Shown here piece by piece: positions 54,336-62,176 of a stretch of 64,000 nt of DNA. A program made the translations under genes and the position numbers. Source of the DNA: an uncultured Flavobacterium sp. Its GTDB lineage: Bacteria; Bacteroidota; Bacteroidia; Flavobacteriales; Flavobacteriaceae. Every line of letters begins with the position of its first letter. Within the stretch, counting starts at the first letter, position 1. The notes under the pieces are model-generated. The model made no database searches and had not been told where the DNA came from. It saw only the letters and a list, made by a program, of their open reading frames with translations. The stretch lies in contig CAUPRE010000017.1 of the NCBI GenBank assembly GCA_963513565.1, positions 7,445-71,444 of the forward strand. Direction: 5' to 3'.

Positions 54336-54746
54336 TTAAAAAGCAATGTCTGCCAAGGTGTTGTTCTCCAGAATCATTAAGGTATTGTCACGCACTTCCA
54401 TCATCAGTTTACGAACGGCACAAGTGGCTTCGTCATTGCAATCGTCGCAGGGTTCATAAAAATTGTGACTAGCACAAGGCAATAAGGCAATTGGTCCTTC
54501 GAGTATACGATAGACTTTGGCCATATTGATGTCTTTGGGTTCTTTGATTAAATAGTATCCGCCGCCTTTTCCTTTTTTGGCACCCAAAAAACCCGAATGA
54601 CGCAAAAGCAATAAAATGCTTTCCAAAAACTTCAAAGAAATATGCTCTGCTTTAGCAATTTCGGCAATTTGCACAGGTGTATTGTCCTTTTGTCGTGCCA
54701 AAAAAGTAAGGGCTTTGATTCCGTATTTCGTTTTTTTTGAAAGCAT
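54336..54746 (-). CDS. Rrf2 family transcriptional regulator (Fe-S cluster-ligand cysteines present)
   Basis: N-terminal wHTH MLSKKTKYGIKALTFLA and a C-terminal Cys cluster LPCASHNFYEPCDDCNDEATC. Confidence 0.88.
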   Translation of the reverse strand: MLSKKTKYGIKALTFLARQKDNTPVQIAEIAKAEHISLKFLESILLLLRHSGFLGAKKGKGGGYYLIKEPKDINMAKVYRILEGPIALLPCASHNFYEPCDDCNDEATCAVRKLMMEVRDNTLMILENNTLADIAF

Positions 54747-54876
54747 AATGAATTTGAATTAATCCCAATAGTAATCGGGACTGATGTTTAATTTTTTTAG
54801 AATCGAAAACAAATCGTCTTTAAATTATGTTTACGAAACTACAAACTTTATCCTTTTGTTACCAAATTGAATGAAT

Positions 54877-55395
54877 CTAATTTAAAATTTCGTTGCAAAT
54901 TGAAGTTGCATATTCTTTTTGAGTATAAAAATTGTGCCCCTTATTTTTTATGATTTCAAAATTTATCGAATGCTTTTCAAACCAATTGTTGCTTGGTTTA
55001 TTGATGTCATTTTCTCCATAATAAAGTTTAATTACTCCATTAGGAATATCTTCCTCAAAGCGCAATCTTGTTGATGAAACGGCAAATAAATTTCGAATAT
55101 CCAATCCCTTCAAAGCAGCTTTCCAAGCAATTGTTCCACCAACACTAAAGGCTAAAATATCAATCTGATTTTTCTCTGCTTCCAAAAGATTTTCAATCAC
55201 CTTTTCGATTCCGCCATTGACAAATTGGATGTGGAGACTTTCTTCAGTATAATTGGTGCTGTCGATTGCTCCCAACTCGCAACAATCATAAAATTGAATT
55301 TCGAATTTATCTTTCAATTGTTCAACATAATCGGAAACCCAATCTGATTTTTCTTTTCCACACAAATCCGATAAAATGATTAATCTTGGTTTCAT
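54877..55395 (-). CDS. small alpha/beta hydrolase fold protein (172 aa)
   Basis: Nucleophile-elbow-like AFSVGG and a C-terminal GH motif. Function unknown. Confidence 0.5.
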   Translation of the reverse strand: MKPRLIILSDLCGKEKSDWVSDYVEQLKDKFEIQFYDCCELGAIDSTNYTEESLHIQFVNGGIEKVIENLLEAEKNQIDILAFSVGGTIAWKAALKGLDIRNLFAVSSTRLRFEEDIPNGVIKLYYGENDINKPSNNWFEKHSINFEIIKNKGHNFYTQKEYATSICNEILN

Positions 55396-55523
55396 TTACT
55401 TTTAATGTCAAAAACCAAATTTACACTTTTAACAAATCAAAACTCAATTATTCTATCGTCTGAATTCGATAAATAGTATTTCTACCATTTTGGATGATAA
55501 CAAAAATGCAAAATCTTTCCTTT

Positions 55524-55601
55524 TAGCCCCGATGGAAGGGAAAATCCTTTTTTGAGTCGATCTTTTTTCGACTCAAAAAAGATTGGAATGACAGCGGGAA
55601 C
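55524..55601. repeat. family D element
   Basis: tagccccgatggaagggaaaatcc-[ttttttgagtcga-tctttt-ttcgactcaaaaaa]-gattggaatgacagcgggaac. Confidence 0.8.
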
Positions 55602-55718
55602 TTTCCCTCCAAAAAAGCCAAATCTTTCTGCTCCAAATTAATCGTTTTACTATAATATCCCTTTTATAACCACAAAACCCACAGCCGAAAGCGTGGGTTT
55701 AAAATTGTTATAAAACTA

Positions 55719-56318
55719 TTAAAGATCAAAAACGACTTTTGCCTTAAATTTTAAGTTTGGAAAAACGGCACTTTGGAGGAGGCTTTTTTCTGTAATCGGT
55801 TTTAATCCTACGAATCTATCGTTTTCGAGAACGTAGATCAAAATCATTTTTTCCATAGGATTAACTATCCAATACTCTTTAACTTTATTTTCTTGGTAGA
55901 GATCAAATTTCAAATCCATTTCTTTTGTGGAATTCCCTGGCGAAAGAATTTCGATGATCAAATCGGGAGCGCCAATACATCCTTTTTCATCTAATTTATT
56001 ATGATCACAAATAACACATAAATCAGGTTGAACCACAGAAACTATCTGACTATCATCACTACTGTTTTTAAAATCAACCAATCGAACATCAAATGGTGCT
56101 GCATACATTTTACAGGATGTTTTGCGGAAAATTTTATCTAACTGTCTTGCAATTATCCAAGAAATTTCTTGATGATTCCTGCTAGGAGCTGGACTCATTT
56201 TTAAGATTTTCCCCTTAATCAACTCTACCCTTTCCGAGAATTGCCATAGCAAATAATCAGCATAAGTATAACTTCCTTTAGGATCTAATTGATTGATGTT
56301 GTTAATAATAGTACTCAT
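55719..56318 (-). CDS. Uma2 family (DUF820) restriction-endonuclease-fold protein
   Basis: The pattern YTYADYL...ELIKGKI..MSPAPS..HQ...PDL..EILSP.N...D...K...Y...V.EYWIV is typical of Uma2. I prefer the ATG at 56318 because the track start is a TTG. Confidence 0.75.
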   Translation of the reverse strand: MSTIINNINQLDPKGSYTYADYLLWQFSERVELIKGKILKMSPAPSRNHQEISWIIARQLDKIFRKTSCKMYAAPFDVRLVDFKNSSDDSQIVSVVQPDLCVICDHNKLDEKGCIGAPDLIIEILSPGNSTKEMDLKFDLYQENKVKEYWIVNPMEKMILIYVLENDRFVGLKPITEKSLLQSAVFPNLKFKAKVVFDL

Positions 56319-56418
56319 TTTAACAGCTTTGGAATACAAATTTAATTAAAAAAACTTTCACAAAACATAACCCACAGCTGAAACCGTGGGCTATTACTAT
56401 AATTCAAAACTTTTGCAT

Positions 56419-56441
56419 TCCTCCTTCGGGGGTTAGGGGGT
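56419..56441. repeat. family A GC hairpin element overlapping the stop codon of the metB-like gene
   Basis: tcctccttcgggggttagggggt. The element supplies the final Thr-Pro codons and the TAA stop of the ORF. Confidence 0.8.
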
Positions 56442-57608
56442 CAACGCCTGATCCAAATCGGCAATCACATCTTCTACGGTTTCTAATCCTACAGAAACAC
56501 GTACCAAACCATCGGTGATGCTCACCGCCAAACGCTCTTCTATAGATAATTTACTATGCGTGGTAGAGGCTGGATGGGTTACAATAGTTCTAGTATCTCC
56601 CAAATTAGGCGATAACGAACATAATTTTATTTTATCCAAAAAGGCTCTTCCTGCTTCAAGTCCGCCTTTGATTTCGAAGGCCACGATGTTACCGCCCAAT
56701 TTCATTTGCTTTTTAGCAATTTCGTATTGCGGATGCGATTTCAAGAAAGGATATTTCACTTTATTGACTTGTGGATGATTTTCTAAAAACTCGGCTACTT
56801 TCAAAGCATTTTCACAATGTCTATCTACACGAACCGCCAAAGTTTCTAAACTTTTAGACAATACCCAAGCGTTAAATGGCGACAAAGAAGGTCCTGTCAA
56901 ACGAGAAAAAAGATAAATATCTTTAATCAAATCCGACCTTCCAACGGTAATTCCTCCTAAAACTCTGCCTTGTCCATCGATTAATTTGGTAGCCGAATGA
57001 ATCACCAAATCCGCTCCCCATTTAATGGGTTGCTGAATATAAGGCGTAGCAAAACAATTATCGATAATCAAAATCAAGTTGTGCTTTTTGGCAATGGCGC
57101 CCAATAATTCCAAATCAATGATATCGATGGCTGGATTCGTTGGAGATTCGGCATAAAGAATCTTGGTGTTGGGCTTAATAAAGCTTTCTATAGTTTCAGG
57201 TTGATTGATATCAAAATAGGTCGTTTGAATATTCCACTTTGGAAAATAATTCATAAACAAAGAATGCGAAGCACCAAAAACACTGCTTGACGAAACGATA
57301 TGATCGCCCGACTTCAACAAAGCTGCAAATGTAGAATAGATGGCTGCCATTCCTGATGCAAAAGCATAACCAGCTTCAGCTCCTTCCATTTTGCAAATTT
57401 TATCAATAAACTCAATGGTGTTTGGGTTGCTATAGCGGCTGTATACATTACGCTCTTTTTCTTCTGCAAATGAAGCTCTCATATCTTCGGCATCCTCAAA
57501 TACAAAACTTGACGTTAAGTATAAAGGCACCGAATGTTCTAAATATTGTGATCGTTCTATCTGACCGCGAATGGCTTGGGTTTCAAAACCAAAATCTTGT
57601 TCGTTCAT
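56433..57608 (-). CDS. Cys/Met-metabolism PLP-dependent enzyme (cystathionine gamma-synthase / O-acylhomoserine sulfhydrylase type)
   Basis: PLP-lysine motif HSATKLIDGQG and the YSRYSNPN N-terminal motif. 391 aa. Confidence 0.85.
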   Translation of the reverse strand: MNEQDFGFETQAIRGQIERSQYLEHSVPLYLTSSFVFEDAEDMRASFAEEKERNVYSRYSNPNTIEFIDKICKMEGAEAGYAFASGMAAIYSTFAALLKSGDHIVSSSSVFGASHSLFMNYFPKWNIQTTYFDINQPETIESFIKPNTKILYAESPTNPAIDIIDLELLGAIAKKHNLILIIDNCFATPYIQQPIKWGADLVIHSATKLIDGQGRVLGGITVGRSDLIKDIYLFSRLTGPSLSPFNAWVLSKSLETLAVRVDRHCENALKVAEFLENHPQVNKVKYPFLKSHPQYEIAKKQMKLGGNIVAFEIKGGLEAGRAFLDKIKLCSLSPNLGDTRTIVTHPASTTHSKLSIEERLAVSITDGLVRVSVGLETVEDVIADLDQALTP

Positions 57609-57615
57609 TTATTTT

Positions 57616-57684
57616 TGTTTAAAGTTTAAAGTTTAGAGTTTAAAATGGTTAAAAACCAGCTATCGACTCTTACTCTTTAAACGA
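57616..57684. repeat. tttaaag word-repeat / partial hairpin in the osmC-metB spacer
   Basis: tgtttaaagtttaaagtttagagtttaaaatgg ... ctctttaaacgaa. Confidence 0.5.
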
Positions 57685-57699
57685 ATCCTTTACTTATTT

Positions 57700-58134
57700 T
57701 TAAATCTTTTCTAACAGGCTACCATTCAAAACCACTTTGTAGTGAATGGTTGCGGTTGGTTCTAATGTTTTGGAAACAGAACAATATTTCTCAAAAGAAA
57801 GTTGTGCTGCACGAGCTGCTTTTTCGGGGATAATGTCACCTTCCAAATAAAACACTACGTGAATGTCTTTGAAGGGTTTGGCTTCGCCCACTTGTACCCG
57901 TTCTCCTTCTACCTCAGCTTTGAAAGAGGTGATTTCTTGACGTTGTTTCTTCAAAATCGAAATCATATCGATGCCGCTACAACCTGCCACACCCATCAAT
58001 ACTAATTCCATTGGACTTGGTCCCATATCATTTCCACCAAATTCAGGACGCGCATCTACATTTACTAGATGACCTCTGTCATTTTTTAACTCGAAATGGA
58101 AATTTTCGTTTACTCTGTTTAATGTTGCTTTCAT
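57700..58134 (-). CDS. OsmC family peroxiredoxin-like protein
   Basis: Two conserved Cys motifs (VAGCSGID, EKYCSVSK). I prefer the ATG at 58134 because the track extension (MGRVGEGII) is just a translated family B repeat. Confidence 0.85.
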   Translation of the reverse strand: MKATLNRVNENFHFELKNDRGHLVNVDARPEFGGNDMGPSPMELVLMGVAGCSGIDMISILKKQRQEITSFKAEVEGERVQVGEAKPFKDIHVVFYLEGDIIPEKAARAAQLSFEKYCSVSKTLEPTATIHYKVVLNGSLLEKI

Positions 58135-58140
58135 AATAAT

Positions 58141-58195
58141 CCCCTCCCCAACCCTCCCCAAAAAGGGAGGGAGTATAAGACTGGAGGTAAGTCTT
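58141..58195. repeat. family B element + gactggaggtaagtctt hairpin, 6 nt upstream of the osmC ATG
   Basis: About 90 percent identical over about 65 bp to 59311..59373, including the cataataa start-codon context. Confidence 0.85.
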
Positions 58196-58225
58196 TTTTA
58201 AATTATAAAATTATTCTTCCAATAC

Positions 58226-59313
58226 TTAAACATCAAGCCTTTTTAATTCTTGCTCAATTTCTTCAATGGTAGGCAAGCTACTTTTTAGGTTATCTGGCAA
58301 ATTTTCCGTTAGTTTCAATTCGCTTATCCCTATAGGTTTGTTTATGTCTCGTAAAGCAAATTCAGCTTCTAAATTACTTTTATCTTTACAAAGCAAAATA
58401 CCAATAGTTGGATTGTCGTCATTTTGCTTGACCAAACTATCCACTGCTGACAAATAAAAATTTAATTTCCCTGCAAATTCTGGTATAATTTGGTGTTTTT
58501 TAATTCAACCACCACATAACATTTAAGCCGAGTATGATAAAAGAGCAAATCGATATAATAATCATTATCGGCAATAACCAAATGATATTGTTGTCCAACA
58601 AATGCAAATCCTTTACCCAATTCTAGCAAAAACTTAGTGATATGTTGTACCAATTGGTTTTCGATATCTCGTTCTCTATATTTTGTATCTAAAGCAATAA
58701 AATCAAAAACATAAGGGTCTTTTAGCGTTTGAATGGCTAAATCTGAAAAAGGTTCAGGCAACGTATTTTTGAAATTAGTTATCGATTTGCCTTGTCTTTC
58801 ATATAAGTTTGATTTAATTTGAAGGTCTAAAATATCTCTACTCCAATTGTTTTCAATGGTTTGTTGGATGTAAAAAACCGCTTCATTTGTATCCTTTGAT
58901 TTCGTAAAAATAAGGATATTATGTCCCCAAGGCACTTGAATTAACAGTTGCTGCATTTTGTTTAATGACTGATTACTTGAGCTTTGCAACTCAGGGCTTG
59001 CTAGTTGCTCCATTAGTGCAACAGCTTGTTGCACTAAATCGGAAGCGTAAAATTTATAAAATTGCTTACAATTAAAAAGGTTTCTTCTTGAAAGTCCTTT
59101 CATTTCAGGAAACTCTTCCTTTAAGTCTTGTGCTACCTTTTCAATTAATTTGCTTCCCCAAACGCTTTCTTTTTCACTAATTGATTTTCCTAATTCCCAA
59201 TAAAACGCAATCAGCTCACTATTTACGGCAATTGCCGCTTTAATTTGTGAAGAACGAATTTTGCTTTTTAGCTCAACAAGCCAATTTTTATATTCAGTAG
59301 TTGTTATTTCCAT
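58226..59313 (-). pseudogene. yhcG: PDDEXK nuclease YhcG-like (DUF1016) gene with a single frameshift
   Basis: The N-terminal 283 aa (MEITTTEYKNW...) and C-terminal 75 aa are in different frames. Shifting the frame near 58488 restores ELKNTK-x-IPEFAGKLNFYLSAVDSLVKQNDDNPTIGILLC, the canonical YhcG core. Confidence 0.7.
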
Positions 59314-59318
59314 AATAA

Positions 59319-59373
59319 GCCCCTCCACAGCCCTCCTAAAAAGGGGAGGGAGCATAGACTGGAGGTAAGTCTT
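59319..59373. repeat. family B element + gactggaggtaagtctt hairpin, 6 nt upstream of the yhcG ATG
   Basis: Direct repeat of 58141..58195. Confidence 0.85.
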
Positions 59374-59513
59374 TATATAATTAATACTTTATATAATAAT
59401 GTTTATAATTCTACTATACTTGGACAAGCCAAACTCAGAAAAACAATGTTCCATCCTCTCCATCTAAAATCAAAAATTGTTACTCTTAATTCAAAAATCA
59501 TTTATCTTTTCAT

Positions 59514-59537
59514 TCCCCCTTCGGGGGCTAGGGGGCT
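59514..59537. repeat. family A GC hairpin element immediately 3' of the thrA stop
   Basis: tcccccttcgggggctagggggct. The thrA stop codon is at 59539..59541. Confidence 0.8.
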
Positions 59538-59538
59538 T

Positions 59539-61950
59539 TTACCCTTTATCCGACAACCTCAAAATATCGCCAAACACACCTCTCGCCGTTACTGCCGAAC
59601 CTGCTCCTGCTCCTTGAATTACAATAGGTCGGTCACCGTAGGATTCGGTGTAAATTTCGAAGAAAGAATCCGAACCTTTCAAACCTCCCAAAGCAGTATC
59701 CGAAGGTACAGAAACTAATTTTACTTCCAGATTTCCTTTATCGTTTTGCAAATCGCCAGACAATTCTCCAATATAGCGTAAAACGTGGTTGGGTTGCTGT
59801 TCTGCTTTTATTTTGGCATAAATAGGGTCGAACTCTTTTAGTTTATTCAAGAAAGTCGACACATCGCCTTCACGCAAATGCTCTGGAATTAAATTCTGAA
59901 TAGCAATCTCATCAAATTCGTTTTGCAAATCCAATTCTCTGGCCAAAATCAATAGTTTTCTACCTACGTCGTTACCACATAAATCTTCTCTAGGGTCGGG
60001 TTCAGTGTAACCGTTGTCGATTGCTTCTTTCAAAATTTCGCTAAACGGAACATCTTTGGCTGAGAAATTATTGAACAAATAACTTAACGTACCTGAAAAC
60101 ACTCCTTTGATTCTGGTGATGTTTTCACCCGACAAATGCAACAATTTGATGGTATCAATCAAAGGCAAACCTGCACCAACATTGGTTTCGTACAAATAAC
60201 TTTTTTGATTCTCATCCAAAACCTTTCTCAATTTTTTATAAAAACTATAGCTCAACGTATTGGCCACTTTATTAGAAGAAATCAAGTCGAAACTACTTTC
60301 AACTAATGGAATATAATTTTCAACAAAAGCTGCACTGGCGGTATTATCGATAGCAATTAAGTTCTCTAAATGATGCTCCTTCGCGTAGGCGATAATCTCA
60401 TCTATAGAATAAGAATGTCCGTTAGTTTGAATTTCATTTCTCCAATTTGGCGACACCCCATTTTTGTTCAACAAGACATTTTTTGAATTGGCTATCGCAA
60501 AAACATTCAATCGAATATCCTTGCGTTTTTCAATCGCATCTGCCGATTCTAAAATTTGGTTAATCAACGTTCCTCCTACCAATCCGTGTCCGAAAATCGC
60601 GATATTAATTTTCTTCGAAACCCCAAAAATTTCTCCGTGGATTACGTTCAACGCACGGTTCAATTCAGATTTATGCACCACCAAACTCACGTTTTTCCCT
60701 GTCACGGTGTTGTTGAACAAAATCGGAACAATCTTGTTTTTGATTAAAGCGGTGTAAGGTTTGTGAAACGTGCTCAAATCCTGCCCGATAATAGAGATTA
60801 CAGAAACTTCATCAGTAACCGAAATTTTATTTACGTCTTTGGAATAAAAGTCATTTTCGAATTCTTTTTCCAATTCAATCATCGCTTTACTCGCTTTGTC
60901 TGCGGCAACTACCAAACCAATACCACGTTCAGAAGACCCTTGAGAAATAATACTTACACTAATATCATTATCGCCCATCACTCTAAAAATACGCGCGTCA
61001 ACACCCGTTTTTCCAAGCAAACCTCGACCTTCTAAATTGACCAAAGCCACATTCTCCAAAACCGAAAGCGTTTTAATACCTTCCTTTCCAGCATTCGAAG
61101 TGATTAAAGTTCCTTTATTTTCGTGATTGAACGTATTTAAAATTCGTAGCGGAATATTTTTCTCCAAAAGCGGAATAATGGTTTTCGCGTGCAAAATAGT
61201 AGCGCCAAAATTGGCTAGCTCATTGGCTTCGTTAAACGATAGGAAGTCAATTTTTTTAGCATCTTCTACTAATTCTGGATTGGCCGTATAAATTCCATCC
61301 ACGTGCGTAAAATTCTGCAATTCGGATGCATTCAAATAATTCGCAAAAAGCGATGCCGTGTAGTTACTTCCGTTTCTACCCAAAGTCGTTGCCTCATTTT
61401 TGTTATTTGAACCAATAAAACCAGTAATTATGTTGACTTTATCGCTGTGTTGTTTAAAAAACTGCACCACATTTTTCTTAGAAATTTGCTCAATAGGTTG
61501 CGCATCACCAAATTTTCCATCGGTTTTTATCAATGCTCTAGCGTCAGCAAAATTGGCATTGACTCCTTTTTGCTTCAAAATAGCCGTAATCAATTTGGCC
61601 GACAGTAATTCGCCTTGCGATAAGACTTGGTCTTTGATTTTTTCGCTATAATCGCCAATCAAACTTACCCCTTCGAACAATTTTTCAAGCACGGTAAATT
61701 CCTCCGACAAATCCACCGTTGGGTAATCCGCTTGTTGATAGGCTTTAAATTTCTCGAACAAAGGTTTGTAGTTTTCATTTTTAGACGCAATCGCTAACAA
61801 ATCTTCCAACTCATCCGTTGCATTTCCTCTTGCCGAAACAACCACAGCAAATTCTTCTCCCTTCAACACTTTGTCTGAAAGTATCGCCAAAACTTTATTC
61901 AATCCATCGCCATTCGCTAATGATTTTCCTCCGAATTTTAATATTTTCAT
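59539..61950 (-). CDS. thrA: bifunctional aspartate kinase / homoserine dehydrogenase
   Basis: N-terminus MKILKFGGKSL (aspartokinase), two ACT regions, and a C-terminal homoserine dehydrogenase with the Rossmann motif IAIFGHGLVGG. 803 aa. Confidence 0.92.
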   Translation of the reverse strand: MKILKFGGKSLANGDGLNKVLAILSDKVLKGEEFAVVVSARGNATDELEDLLAIASKNENYKPLFEKFKAYQQADYPTVDLSEEFTVLEKLFEGVSLIGDYSEKIKDQVLSQGELLSAKLITAILKQKGVNANFADARALIKTDGKFGDAQPIEQISKKNVVQFFKQHSDKVNIITGFIGSNNKNEATTLGRNGSNYTASLFANYLNASELQNFTHVDGIYTANPELVEDAKKIDFLSFNEANELANFGATILHAKTIIPLLEKNIPLRILNTFNHENKGTLITSNAGKEGIKTLSVLENVALVNLEGRGLLGKTGVDARIFRVMGDNDISVSIISQGSSERGIGLVVAADKASKAMIELEKEFENDFYSKDVNKISVTDEVSVISIIGQDLSTFHKPYTALIKNKIVPILFNNTVTGKNVSLVVHKSELNRALNVIHGEIFGVSKKINIAIFGHGLVGGTLINQILESADAIEKRKDIRLNVFAIANSKNVLLNKNGVSPNWRNEIQTNGHSYSIDEIIAYAKEHHLENLIAIDNTASAAFVENYIPLVESSFDLISSNKVANTLSYSFYKKLRKVLDENQKSYLYETNVGAGLPLIDTIKLLHLSGENITRIKGVFSGTLSYLFNNFSAKDVPFSEILKEAIDNGYTEPDPREDLCGNDVGRKLLILARELDLQNEFDEIAIQNLIPEHLREGDVSTFLNKLKEFDPIYAKIKAEQQPNHVLRYIGELSGDLQNDKGNLEVKLVSVPSDTALGGLKGSDSFFEIYTESYGDRPIVIQGAGAGSAVTARGVFGDILRLSDKG

Positions 61951-62020
61951 TTTATTCTATTTTACGAGTCATTCAACTCCTTTTATTTACTTCATTTTTA
62001 TATTTTCCCCTCATTAATTA

Positions 62021-62135
62021 GGGCGTGACCCTGTTAAAAAAAGGGGCTTATCTATAGCACCGTTTACAAAGCCCCTTTCTTTAACAGCGTCGGGCTATAC
62101 GCGCTACTTTGGTAGCCAGCTGCTATCCCTCACGC
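62021..62135. repeat. family C repeat, copy in the metX-thrA spacer
   Basis: gggcgtgaccctgttaaaaaaaggggc...gtcgggctatacgcgctactttggtagccagctgctatccctcacgc. Confidence 0.8.
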
Positions 62136-62176
62136 AAGATTCCAAAAGAACTTTTAGTGGAATCTCATTTTTTCAA

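Noticed and set aside
59446-59718. 90-aa plus-strand ORF containing [10 protein letters not shown]
   Set aside because: It is antisense to the thrA 3' end, and the PPSGARGL string is just the family A repeat read in its open frame.
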